A stretch of 64,000 nucleotides of DNA from an uncultured delta proteobacterium (GCA_963840855.1 CAWJBB010000040.1:256001-320000), one strand, 5' to 3'; positions 11,225-20,438 are shown, counted from the stretch's first letter. The notes: generated by a model from the sequence alone, not told the origin. Numbers and translations are program-made.

Positions 11225-11282
11225 CTCTAACAATGCGTTTGAGTCGGATGCTTTTCGCGCGCCGCTCAACGCTGCGTTGAGG
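11225..11282 (+). mobile_element. Integron attC recombination site
   Basis: CTCTAAC...GTTGAGG ends; inner arms GCGTTtGAGtCGG / CCGCTCAACGC pair with two extrahelical bases; 58 bp, immediately after the antitoxin. Confidence 0.75.
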
Positions 11283-11496
11283 CTGTAGGAAAAGTCCCAG
11301 ATGCCACCCGCTAGAAATTGAAGCCGATGTAAGCGACGATCTTCCAAATTGCGAATTCGTTGACCAGTTCCACAACGATCTCCTCGTGAAGCGGTTCTCT
11401 GACAGCGACAACACGGGATTTTCGAACGACTTGGAAAAAGGAACGCGCCGCGATGAGGTGCCGAAAACCGCCTCTACAGGGGTTTTTCTACATTCT
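11280..11496. mobile_element. Possible MITE/IS remnant with imperfect terminal inverted repeats
   Basis: Left end AGGCTGTAGGAAAAGTCCC; right end reverse complement AGAATGTAGAAAAACCCC; no transposase. Confidence 0.35.
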
Positions 11497-11498
11497 CG

Positions 11499-11635
11499 TT
11501 AGGCAGCCTTGAGGCTGCGGCGAGACGGTTTGACGACGAGCCGTACACGGACACCCAGGCGGGCAAGCGTGTCGATGAGCGCGTCAGTGCTGAAGAGATC
11601 GATCCGGCCGCGAAGCAAGTCGCTCACTCGAGGCC
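11499..11635 (-). pseudogene. C-terminal fragment of XRE/HigA-like HTH antitoxin
   Basis: Manual translation PRVSDLLRGRIDLFSTDALIDTLARLGVRVRLVV...AA*; no N-terminus. Confidence 0.7.
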
Positions 11636-11672
11636 TCGTTCTTCTGTAAACCAAAAGAGGTTCAATACTAAC

Positions 11673-12044
11673 GTGTCACGAACTCACATCTTCGCCTTTC
11701 GAGTCCTACTAACTGTGACTCTGATAGCCCTTACGCATCTCGCATTCACGCCGCAGCAATATCCCGTGCTAAAAGACATATCCGACAAAGCGAACCACAT
11801 TTTTGCATTCTATGTTTTGGCATTGTTGGTAGATTTTTCGTTTCCTAAGAATAATTTGGGATTTTCCAAGGTATTTGCGTTATTAAGCTACGGGTTATTG
11901 ATTGAAGTCGTTCAGAATTTCTTACCCAATCGAACATCTTCATTGGTCGATGTGCTTGCGGATGGGGTTGGGATTGCCAGCTACAGGTTTTCTCTCCCGG
12001 TACTAAGGTATGTCCCGTTGTTTAGACGCCGTTGGGCCGCCTAA
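11673..12044 (+). CDS. VanZ-like membrane protein
   Basis: SDKANHIFAFYVL, YGLLIEVVQNFLPNRTSSLVDVLADGVG. Confidence 0.85.
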   Translation: MSRTHIFAFRVLLTVTLIALTHLAFTPQQYPVLKDISDKANHIFAFYVLALLVDFSFPKNNLGFSKVFALLSYGLLIEVVQNFLPNRTSSLVDVLADGVGIASYRFSLPVLRYVPLFRRRWAA

Positions 12045-12113
12045 CCTTGTTGACAAAAAGTTTCTCCAGAGAGAAGCTGTCCACGATAATTGCGCAGCAA
12101 AGGAAATAATGAA

Positions 12114-12962
12114 ATGAACGATCACGACAAGCGTCTTTGCTTCCGAGAAATTTTGCATGCACCGGGAGGAGTCATGGCTCCTAGCGCGCCGGACCCCATG
12201 TTCGCGCGCTTGATCCAAGACTGTGGTTACAAGCTTTTCCACCTCGCCGGCAACGGGATGCATCGGAGCCTCGTGCTTCCCGACTGCAGCATGGTAACTA
12301 TGACCGAGATGGCGGACCGAGCGGGTACAATTGCGGAAGTCCTGGATATCCCGATGCTGGTTGATGGCGAGACCGGCTATGGCGGGCCCTTGCAAACCGC
12401 GCGCGCCGTGCGCGATTTCGAGCGCGCCGGCGTCGCTGGTATCCGATTTGAAGATAGTATGTTTGGCCAAAATGGCATCGATGATGTTCGTCCTCCAGTG
12501 CCAGTCTTGGAGATGGCCGATAAGATCAAAGCGGCCGCCGACGCGCGTACCGATACGGCTTTGGTTCTGGTAGTCCGCTGCGATGCCCGGGCGGTCGAAT
12601 CCCGCGAGCAAGTGCTGCAGCGGATTGGGGCGTATGTCGAGGCCGGGATTGATGCCATCGGCGTTCATCTGACGGATGCCGAGGACCACAAATGGTTCGG
12701 CGCGACTGCGCCCGCCCCACTCATAAACCCTTGGCCGCGGGCAGGCATAGAGTCGATGGCAGAATTCTTCGCGCTGGGCTATAAAGTGGCGCTCGTAACT
12801 TCCAGCGTCTCGATGGCTGCGCTGGCCGCGGCTCGAACGATGCTGTTAGAGCTGAAGGGCACGGGGCGCCAGGACAATTACTTTGACAACATCGCCGGCT
12901 TCGATGAGGTACGCCGCTGGTACCGCGATCTAGGATTTCGCCCCACCAAGCCCTTTGAATGA
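12114..12962 (+). CDS. Isocitrate lyase/PEP mutase family protein
   Basis: LVDGETGYGG, AGIRFED, VVRCDA; lacks the KKCGH motif of PrpB/ICL. Confidence 0.85.
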   Translation: MNDHDKRLCFREILHAPGGVMAPSAPDPMFARLIQDCGYKLFHLAGNGMHRSLVLPDCSMVTMTEMADRAGTIAEVLDIPMLVDGETGYGGPLQTARAVRDFERAGVAGIRFEDSMFGQNGIDDVRPPVPVLEMADKIKAAADARTDTALVLVVRCDARAVESREQVLQRIGAYVEAGIDAIGVHLTDAEDHKWFGATAPAPLINPWPRAGIESMAEFFALGYKVALVTSSVSMAALAAARTMLLELKGTGRQDNYFDNIAGFDEVRRWYRDLGFRPTKPFE

Positions 12963-13174
12963 GGAAAGTGGCATTGCGCTTGACACCCGAAGGGAGTGTC
13001 CAGCATGGCGCACTTGATTGGGGAGAAACTTCGCTTAAGGAGGCTGCCACCATAGTTGCCGTATCGGGAGATCGAGAAACGCAAATCACGGCCTCGCGGC
13101 ATGATCACTTACCCAGAAGATTTTTCATGCATGCTTCAAATCAGTGGCTGATCGCGCCCGCTTGACTCGAGCGC

Positions 13175-14551
13175 CTAAGCTTCATCTGCCTCTCCGTACC
13201 CGTACTCATCCCGTTCGGTATAGTTCTCAAAGCGGGTGTATTCGCCCAGGAAGGTCAGTTTGACCGTGTCGGTGGGACCGTTTCGTTGCTTGGCGACGAT
13301 GACTTCGGCGACGCCTTTCTTGCTGTCGTCATTTTTGTTGTAGACCTCGTCGCGGTAAATGAACATGATGACGTCGGCGTCCTGTTCGATGGCCCCGGAT
13401 TCGCGCAAATCCGACATTTGCGGGCGGCGGTCGCCGCGGTCTTCGACGCGGCGGTTGAGCTGCGATAGCGCGATGATCGGCACGCTCAATTCTTTGGCCA
13501 GCGCTTTGAGGGAGCGCGAAATTTCGGAAATCTCCTGTTCGCGGTTGGAGGCCGTTCCCATACCGCGCATCAGCTGCAAATAATCGACGACCACGACACC
13601 GATTTTCTTTGACCGGTCGCGGACCAGGCGGCGCGCCTTGGCGCGTAGTTCGAGCACCGAAATTGCCGGCGTATCGTCGATGTAGATCGGCGCGTCGTGC
13701 AGCTTCCCGGCCGCTTTGGCGAGCAGCGGGAAATCCCGCTCTCCTAGATAACCGGAACGCACTTTTGAGCTATTGACGCGCGCCTCGGAACAAAGCATGC
13801 GCAGCACCAACTGCTCCTTGGCCATTTCCAGAGAAAAAATCGCCGCGCCGGTACCGTTGAACGCTGCGTGGGCCGCAACGTTGAGAGCGAACGCGGTTTT
13901 ACCCATGCCGGGCCGTCCGGCGACGATGATCAAGTCCGACGGCTGAAGCCCGGCGGTGAGCTTGTCCAGGTCCTCGTAGCCGGTGGAAACGCCGGTGATC
14001 ATCTCTTTGCGCTCGTAGAGCTTCTCGACGGTCTTCAGCGTGTCCTTGATCATTTCGCCGACGGAAACAAAGGACGCCTTTATCTTCTTTTCCGAGATTT
14101 CGAAGATCACCTTTTCGGCGCTGTCGAGAAATTCTTCGACGTTGCCCTGCTCTTCGTATCCCCTGGTGGCGATCGCCGTCGCGCAGGTAATCAGGCTGCG
14201 CAAGATCGCCTTTTCGCGAACGATGCGGGCGTAGAAAGCGATGTTGGCCGCAGTGGGCACGAAATCGGCCAGCGACACCAGATAGGCGGTGCCGCCCACG
14301 GCCTCCAACTCGCTGCGGCCCTTGAGGCACTCGCTCAAGGTTATGACATCCGCCGGCTCGCTGCGGTCGGAGAGCTCGATCATGGCGCGAAAAATCTTTC
14401 GATGCGACTCGCGGTAAAAATCCTCCGGGCGCAAAAGCTCCAAAACGACGTTGATCGCATCGTTCTCAAGCAGGATGCCGCCCAGCACGGAGGATTCCGC
14501 TTCGAGGTTTTGTGGCGGGATTTTGCGGAGATTGTCTTCAAGAGTTGCCAT
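13175..14551 (-). CDS. dnaB: Replicative DNA helicase
   Basis: PPQNLEAE, AGRPGMGKT, DYLQL, SQLNR, LRESGAIEQDAD. Confidence 0.99.
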   Translation of the reverse strand: MATLEDNLRKIPPQNLEAESSVLGGILLENDAINVVLELLRPEDFYRESHRKIFRAMIELSDRSEPADVITLSECLKGRSELEAVGGTAYLVSLADFVPTAANIAFYARIVREKAILRSLITCATAIATRGYEEQGNVEEFLDSAEKVIFEISEKKIKASFVSVGEMIKDTLKTVEKLYERKEMITGVSTGYEDLDKLTAGLQPSDLIIVAGRPGMGKTAFALNVAAHAAFNGTGAAIFSLEMAKEQLVLRMLCSEARVNSSKVRSGYLGERDFPLLAKAAGKLHDAPIYIDDTPAISVLELRAKARRLVRDRSKKIGVVVVDYLQLMRGMGTASNREQEISEISRSLKALAKELSVPIIALSQLNRRVEDRGDRRPQMSDLRESGAIEQDADVIMFIYRDEVYNKNDDSKKGVAEVIVAKQRNGPTDTVKLTFLGEYTRFENYTERDEYGYGEADEA

Positions 14552-14788
14552 GGGTCAAGGTGCCGCCATCGATCACATGGTTCGAGCTAGATACGTATAA
14601 TGCCCGAGCCGATGTTTTAGTTGCAAATCTTTGCACCCATTGCGAACTAAAATCAATAGAATTGTTCGCCGAATCGGTCGATTTTTCATGAGTTTCGGCG
14701 GCGAAGGTTGCTGTTGATAAACTCTAAAATGCGAAAACTCTTTGGCCCGCGCGGACTTTCCCCGATCCGGCCACTGTTCGTGCACAAC

Positions 14789-14797
14789 TTATTCACA
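14789..14797 (+). promoter_or_regulatory. Single DnaA box
   Basis: TTATTCACA matches TTWTNCACA, upstream of dnaB. Confidence 0.35.
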
Positions 14798-14912
14798 GAT
14801 TAATAGACCTTTGACGCGGCAGGGATTGAAAAATGTTAGCCGCTGCATTCATACCTCATGCGTTTGCCGACCGGCACCGAGAGCAATGCTTCAATTCGCC
14901 GCCGCACCAGGA

Positions 14913-15263
14913 CTACGGATACATCGCGGTGACCGTCGTATGAATGCCGCCGCGGACGTTAAAGTCGCCGACGACGGTCATCGACTTGGGCCGGATGGCC
15001 CGCACCAGGTCATCGAGAATTTGATTGACCACCGCCTCGTGAAACGCTCCTTCGTTACGATAGGACCAGAGGTAGAGCTTGAGCGACTTGAGCTCGACGC
15101 AGAGTTCCGCGGGCACGTAGCGGACGTGGATGTTGGCGAAGTCCGGTTGTCCCGTCCGCGGGCATACGCAGGTAAACTCGGGACATTCCATGTTGATCTC
15201 GTAATCGCGCTGCGGGCGCGGATTAGAAAAAGTTTCGAGAATCTTGCTCGGCTCAGTCGCCAT
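14913..15263 (-). CDS. queF: NADPH-dependent preQ0 reductase (type I)
   Basis: [32 protein letters not shown]. Confidence 0.97.
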   Translation of the reverse strand: MATEPSKILETFSNPRPQRDYEINMECPEFTCVCPRTGQPDFANIHVRYVPAELCVELKSLKLYLWSYRNEGAFHEAVVNQILDDLVRAIRPKSMTVVGDFNVRGGIHTTVTAMYP

Positions 15264-15392
15264 GAAGCGATCTTAACGCAGTGCGAACTTAATTCCAACG
15301 CGCGCTCGCTAACTTGACAAGGATAAGGGGCGATGATAGCCGGTCGAAGTAACCAAAGCTCGCGACTGCATTTGCCATTTCGGAGGAACAAC

Positions 15393-16187
15393 ATGAGCAA
15401 ACCCAAGGAGCCAAGAGCGGGAGAACGTCTCACCGAACAAGAAGCCCAAGCCTACGTGGACTATCTCTATTCGACGCTTTACAAATACGCCCACGAGAAA
15501 ATCCACAAAGGCACCTTCATGACGCAGCTGCGCGACGGGAAACTGCCGATGCCGGCGATGCGGCAGTTTTTTAAGAACTGGGGCCATTTCTCGCTGGAGG
15601 TCAACGCCCTCAATGCGGTGTCTTACTACACTCATCTGCCGTTTTTCGTCCGCCACTTCGACCTTCTGGGACCGTTCTGCGCCAAGATCGCCGACGAATT
15701 GATTTCCCCAAGGGCTCCCGGGCACGTGTTAGTTCTGCTCCAGACCGCCGAGAAAATGGGCCTCGACAAAAAAGAGATGCTGGAAGATCCCTATCTGCCC
15801 GCGGCGCGCGCTATCAATGACTTCTGCCATAAAATTTTCATCGACGGCTCCATCGTCGAACTCTGGGGGCTCCATGTCTTCGAAGAATCACTGTCGATGT
15901 GGTCGGGCCAGTGGTATACGGCACTGACGACACACTACGGCTTTAGCAAGCAAGATGCGGTTTATTTTTCCATCCACGAAGAAGCGGATATGGATACGCA
16001 CAAGATCGGCGAGAGCGGCGAGGAGGCGATGGGCCACGGCGCCTTTAACCGCACGGTGCTTACCCGGGCATTGCAGGAGAGCGTTGAGTTTCGCGCCGGC
16101 TATTCGATGGAATATTGCGCGCTGACCATGGTCGATCTCCACGCGCAGATGAAACAAGCCGCCCTCGACAATCCCTACGTTCCGTAA
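15393..16187 (+). CDS. Heme-oxygenase-like (TenA/PqqC/CADD-type) iron-containing redox protein
   Basis: Helical protein with DE..PGH, FEE and HEEAD..H ligand pattern; GGAGG RBS before ATG 15393. Confidence 0.7.
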   Translation: MSKPKEPRAGERLTEQEAQAYVDYLYSTLYKYAHEKIHKGTFMTQLRDGKLPMPAMRQFFKNWGHFSLEVNALNAVSYYTHLPFFVRHFDLLGPFCAKIADELISPRAPGHVLVLLQTAEKMGLDKKEMLEDPYLPAARAINDFCHKIFIDGSIVELWGLHVFEESLSMWSGQWYTALTTHYGFSKQDAVYFSIHEEADMDTHKIGESGEEAMGHGAFNRTVLTRALQESVEFRAGYSMEYCALTMVDLHAQMKQAALDNPYVP

Positions 16188-16229
16188 TTGTCTCATTTCA
16201 TCGACATCGCCGGCGGTTCAATACGCACC

Positions 16230-16259
16230 TTGACTAGCAAGTTCTTATAAACCTACAAT
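16230..16259 (+). promoter_or_regulatory. Sigma70-type promoter for mobA-moaD/aor
   Basis: TTGACT-N18-TACAAT. Confidence 0.6.
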
Positions 16260-16345
16260 CTTAGACCAAGGTCGGCCATTGGGAACGCCGTCGCGGAGGA
16301 GACCGATCACAACTGGTCCTTTGCGCCTGGCCGGAAAGCCGAGAG

Positions 16346-17278
16346 ATGGATAGTCATCAGCCGATCACCAAAGCTAGCGCTGTGATCTTAACCGGCGGCA
16401 AGAGCTCGCGCATGGGCCGGCCCAAGGCCCTGCTCCCCTTTAACGGCGAGCCGCTCATCGCTTATATCGTGCGGGCGTTGCAACATCTTTTTTCGGATAT
16501 CGTCGTCGTCGCAGCGCCCGAACAGGAACTGCCCCAACTGCCGGCGACCTTGGTGCGCGATGAAGTACCGTTTCAGGGACCCGTGGGCGGCATTTATTAC
16601 GGGCTCAAGGCCGCCGGCGAGGAGTATTGCTTCGTGACGTCCTGCGATGTCGCCTTCCTCAATTTTTCCTTGATTTCGAATCTGCTATCGCAAATCTCGG
16701 ATTACGACGTGGTGGTACCGTATTGGGAGAACCGTTTTCAGCCGCTGCACGCGGTCTATCGGAGAAGCGTGCTGCCGCTCCTTAAAGAGCAGCTTGAGCG
16801 CGGTGAGTTGCGGCCGATTTTTCTCTATGACAAGGTACGGACATATAAAGTCGGCGAGGAGGAAATCCGTCGTTTCGATCCTGAGGGTTTGAGTTTTCTC
16901 AATATGAACACGCCGGAAGATTACCAGTCGGCACTTAAACGATGGCGGGAAGCGAGACACGGAGAGAGCGAAACCGCTTTTCGCCCGGTCCCTGATCTCG
17001 TCTCCGTCACCGTCGAACTTTTTGGTGTGGCCCGCTTGCTTACGAAGACCAGATCGGTTTCTCTATCACTGCCGCAAGAAGCTAGTCTCGCCGACGTGCT
17101 TACTGCCCTTGCGGCAAGACTGCCGGTCTTGGTCGGGCGGGTTATCAATTCCGACGGCGCGGCTCTCGTTAGTGGCTACGCCTGCAATATCAACGGCTTG
17201 AACTTTATTCGCAGCGCGAGCGCTAAAATTAATCCGGGTGACAAGATTTTCATACTCTCTGCGGACGCGGGAGGCTGA
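16346..17278 (+). CDS. mobA: MobA (Mo/W cofactor guanylyltransferase) fused to a C-terminal MoaD/ThiS-like domain
   Basis: ILTGGKSSRMG.PKA, GPVGGI, CDV, NMNTPEDY; then VTVELFGVARL ... ending ADAGG. Confidence 0.9.
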   Translation: MDSHQPITKASAVILTGGKSSRMGRPKALLPFNGEPLIAYIVRALQHLFSDIVVVAAPEQELPQLPATLVRDEVPFQGPVGGIYYGLKAAGEEYCFVTSCDVAFLNFSLISNLLSQISDYDVVVPYWENRFQPLHAVYRRSVLPLLKEQLERGELRPIFLYDKVRTYKVGEEEIRRFDPEGLSFLNMNTPEDYQSALKRWREARHGESETAFRPVPDLVSVTVELFGVARLLTKTRSVSLSLPQEASLADVLTALAARLPVLVGRVINSDGAALVSGYACNINGLNFIRSASAKINPGDKIFILSADAGG

Positions 17279-17281
17279 GCG

Positions 17282-19081
17282 ATGCATGGGTTTTACGGCC
17301 GCTTGCTGCACATCGACTTGAGCACCGGGCGGATCTCCTGGCATGATCTTGCGCCGTCGCGCCTTCGGGAAGTCCTCGGCGGCATTGGCCTTGGCACAAG
17401 CCTCCTCTACGATTATGCCACGCCAGGAGTCGATCCTTTTTCTCCCGCCAACCCGCTAATCTTTACCAGCGCCCCGTTAGTCGGCACTGGTCTCACCACC
17501 ACCGCCAAGTTTGCCGTCGTCACCAAATCCCCGCTTACCGGTTTCATCGCCGACTCGCTCTCCTCCAGCTACTTCGCCCTCGAACTCAAGCGCACAGGTC
17601 TGGACGGCCTAATGATTACTGGCCAGGCGGCTTCTTTGGCGTACATCCACATCCATAATGAGAACGTCGAGATCAGGGACGCCGGTTACTTGATGGGAAA
17701 AAATGCAAGCGAGACCGAATCCCTGATCCGCACCGAGTTGAGCTCTCCGGCAACGCGGGTGGCTGCCATCGGCAAAGCGGGAGAGAACCGAGTGCGCTTT
17801 GCCACCATCAGCAACGAAGGGCGTCACGCCGGCCGGGGTGGGGTCGGCGCGGTCATGGGATCGAAGAATTTGAAGGCAATTGCCCTATGCGGAGATCGAG
17901 AGACCGAGGTAGCCGATCGAAAAGGCGTCGAAGCGATCGCAAAATCTCTCAGCTCGCGCAGTCTTGGTTCACTCACCGACAAGTATCGAAATATCGGCAC
18001 TGTCGCCAACCTAGCGGTTTTCAATCGCCTCGGCACTTTGCCCACGCGCAATTTCCAGCAATCGACCTTTGATCACGCCGAAGCCTTGAGCGGAGAAACT
18101 CTGACGGAAAACAACTTCAGCCGGAGACATGGCTGCGCCTGCTGCACGATCCGCTGCGAGCGCCTGTTCAAGTCCCTCGCCGGCGAGGAGCAGCGCCTGG
18201 AGTACGAAACCCTTTTCGCCCTGGGTCCGCTTTGCGGAATTCAAGATCCGGACGTGGTGCTCCAGGCCGCGCGCCTGTGTGATCTCTATGGAGTGGACAC
18301 CATCAGCACCGGTGGCACCTTGGCCTGGGCAATGGAGTGCAGCGAACACGGACTCTTGCCCGAAGCTCGAGAGCTTGGCTTGCGCTTTGGCCAAGCGGAT
18401 GCTCTTCTCGCTGCGATTCCGGCCATCGCCGAGCGTAGAGGTGTCGGCGCGCTGCTGGCCGAAGGCTCAAAGCGCGCCGCCTGCGAGATTGGCGGAGAGA
18501 GTTTGTATTGGGCGATGCACGTAAAGGGACTCGAGCTTCCAGGATATGAGCCGCGCAGCTTGAAGACGATGGCTCTCGGCTTGGCCGTGAGCCCGCGCGG
18601 CGCCTGCCATAACCGCTCCGGGGCGTACGAGGCTGACTTCTCGGGCGAAGTCGACAGGCTGCGCGCTGACTCAGGGAGAGGGGCTCTGGTTGCAGCCTCG
18701 GAAGATTTCGCCGCGGTGCTCGATTCACTGATAGTCTGTAAATTCCTGCGCAAGTGTTTCACGGACTTTTACGGTGAGGCCGCCGAACTGCTCAATCGGG
18801 TCACCGGATGGAACTGCTCGGGCGCCGAATTGCGGCGCGCCGGCGAGCGAATCCATTCGCTCAAGAAACTTTTTAACATGCGTGAAGGTTGGCGGCCTGA
18901 AGACGACTGGCTGCCGCAACGCTTGTTGAGCGAAACTCTCCCGACTGGCGTGGCCCAGGGTGTCGGCTTAACCGCCAAAGAACTTCGGGAGATGATCCTG
19001 GGATATTATCGGGCAAGGGGATGGGACGAAAACGGATCTATTCCCGAGAGCAAGTTGGGGGAGCTAGGGATTCAAACATGA
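17282..19081 (+). CDS. aor: Aldehyde:ferredoxin oxidoreductase (AOR family, tungstopterin)
   Basis: KSPLTG, AGRGGVGAVMGSKNLKAI, CxxCxxxC, EYET, CDLYGVDTIS, VKGLELPGYEPR, YYRARGWD. Confidence 0.95.
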   Translation: MHGFYGRLLHIDLSTGRISWHDLAPSRLREVLGGIGLGTSLLYDYATPGVDPFSPANPLIFTSAPLVGTGLTTTAKFAVVTKSPLTGFIADSLSSSYFALELKRTGLDGLMITGQAASLAYIHIHNENVEIRDAGYLMGKNASETESLIRTELSSPATRVAAIGKAGENRVRFATISNEGRHAGRGGVGAVMGSKNLKAIALCGDRETEVADRKGVEAIAKSLSSRSLGSLTDKYRNIGTVANLAVFNRLGTLPTRNFQQSTFDHAEALSGETLTENNFSRRHGCACCTIRCERLFKSLAGEEQRLEYETLFALGPLCGIQDPDVVLQAARLCDLYGVDTISTGGTLAWAMECSEHGLLPEARELGLRFGQADALLAAIPAIAERRGVGALLAEGSKRAACEIGGESLYWAMHVKGLELPGYEPRSLKTMALGLAVSPRGACHNRSGAYEADFSGEVDRLRADSGRGALVAASEDFAAVLDSLIVCKFLRKCFTDFYGEAAELLNRVTGWNCSGAELRRAGERIHSLKKLFNMREGWRPEDDWLPQRLLSETLPTGVAQGVGLTAKELREMILGYYRARGWDENGSIPESKLGELGIQT

Positions 19082-19340
19082 AGAGTTCCGAGTTTCTGGT
19101 TCCGGTCGACTCGAAACTCAGGAACTCGGAAACTGGGAACTGCGAAATGACAGGAGGAATGAGCTATGCCAACCGATGAGACGCGTCGCGTGTTGAAAGT
19201 GTTCGGCGTTGCGGTGACCGCTTATGAAGACGCGGTGGACAAAGGGGCGCCACCCGAGGAAGCGCGAAAAGCCGAGGCGGAAGTCCGCGCCCGCCTCGAA
19301 GAGGTGACCGGCCTGATCGAGCGGCTGCGCGCGAAGAAGA
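18265..19340 (+). repeat. Direct repeat copy 1 (aor 3' half, spacer, 60-aa ORF)
   Basis: Aligns to 43085-44145 at offset ~24,820. Confidence 0.97.
19083..19147. repeat. Inverted short-unit arrays, GAGTTCC/GAGTTTC ... GAAACTC/GGAACTC
   Basis: Intergenic hairpin-forming repeats after aor. Confidence 0.65.
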
Positions 19341-19348
19341 CGTCATGA
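19166..19348 (+). CDS. Small helical hypothetical protein (60 aa)
   Basis: AGGAGG RBS; second copy at 43972. Confidence 0.75.
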   Translation: MPTDETRRVLKVFGVAVTAYEDAVDKGAPPEEARKAEAEVRARLEEVTGLIERLRAKKTS

Positions 19349-19498
19349 TTCTGAGCGATCTTCTTTCTTGGCCTGCTCTCACCTGCTCGTTCAATTCCCC
19401 CAGTTCTATAGTCTCTTCCTTGAGGCGGCGTATAGAGATCAGAAGCCGAAGGCACGCTACGGAGCGCTAGAACTCGATCCGCCTGAGATTTCCTTGCC

Positions 19499-20107
19499 TC
19501 AACGCGGATGAGTCTTGTCGGCCGGCATTTGATCGGTTTCCGTCTCGTCCCATGCGGTCGAGCCATCCAGGCTTTCCACATTGAACTGGTAGTCGTAAAC
19601 CAGAGAGCCCCCAAATGTCGCGCCGTAGGAAACCAGCGCTCCTGCAAGGATCGATAGGATCATCGTGGAGAATCTGGTGTTCGCCTCTTCGAACTGCAAA
19701 AGACGGACGATAATGTCCACAATCACGATGCCAGTGACAGTGAGCATCACGGCCATGTGCCAGTTGGCGGTGCGCCAAACCTGCGTGTGTTTGGCTTTGC
19801 CCGGAAACCCGGTTGATGGTTGTCGGTCCATGCCCTTCCACCAATCCCAAAAGCCCGTAAGGGCGGTCCCCAGAGAGACGATGGCGCCGGCGATGATCAC
19901 ATAGGTACCAGAGACAAAGAAATCTCGGGCTACACCACTATGGGCGCCAAAATAAGAGATGACATCGAATACCGCCACCAGCACATAACAGACGATCGGG
20001 AAATCGGTAAGCGGCGGATGAAGTGGCTTGCCTGCCCAACCGCGCAGTCCTCTGAACTCGCGGCCCTTTAACGTCATCGATGGTTTGATCGAGAATAGTC
20101 TGGTCAT
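19499..20107 (-). CDS. DUF2231 family membrane protein
   Basis: GKPLHPPLTDFPI, TGFWDW, ANWH, GATFGGSLVY. Confidence 0.8.
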   Translation of the reverse strand: MTRLFSIKPSMTLKGREFRGLRGWAGKPLHPPLTDFPIVCYVLVAVFDVISYFGAHSGVARDFFVSGTYVIIAGAIVSLGTALTGFWDWWKGMDRQPSTGFPGKAKHTQVWRTANWHMAVMLTVTGIVIVDIIVRLLQFEEANTRFSTMILSILAGALVSYGATFGGSLVYDYQFNVESLDGSTAWDETETDQMPADKTHPR

Positions 20108-20310
20108 GTCTCCTCCCTGGCTACACGATAAGTCGCTTCCACGCTAAGGCTCCTGAATTCCGGAGAAAGCTCCTTGCTCATCTTCCACCTTCCGAACCCA
20201 GCCACCAGTCCGGCAACACCAACAAAGAGGATTACCACCATGATAGGGAGAGCAATGACAGAAAAAAGGCCGACAGCTATAAGGCCGAGAATTGAATATA
20301 AAATACTCAT
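20104..20310 (-). CDS. Small hydrophobic membrane protein (paralog of 30248-30475)
   Basis: GAAAGGA RBS; long hydrophobic stretch then GRWK; stop overlaps start of DUF2231 gene. Confidence 0.6.
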   Translation of the reverse strand: MSILYSILGLIAVGLFSVIALPIMVVILFVGVAGLVAGFGRWKMSKELSPEFRSLSVEATYRVAREET

Positions 20311-20438
20311 GTAGATCCTTTCCAAGCTTCTCTAAAGGTTTGATTACCTATAAGCGTAAGATAAGTGCCATCGACGACAAAGCAGCCTCTCGAAGAGCAC
20401 GGGATCATTGACGGCTCCTCGGCTTAGCTGCCGCGCAA

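Noticed and set aside
14552-14912. oriC
   Set aside because: Only one clear DnaA box and no dnaA nearby
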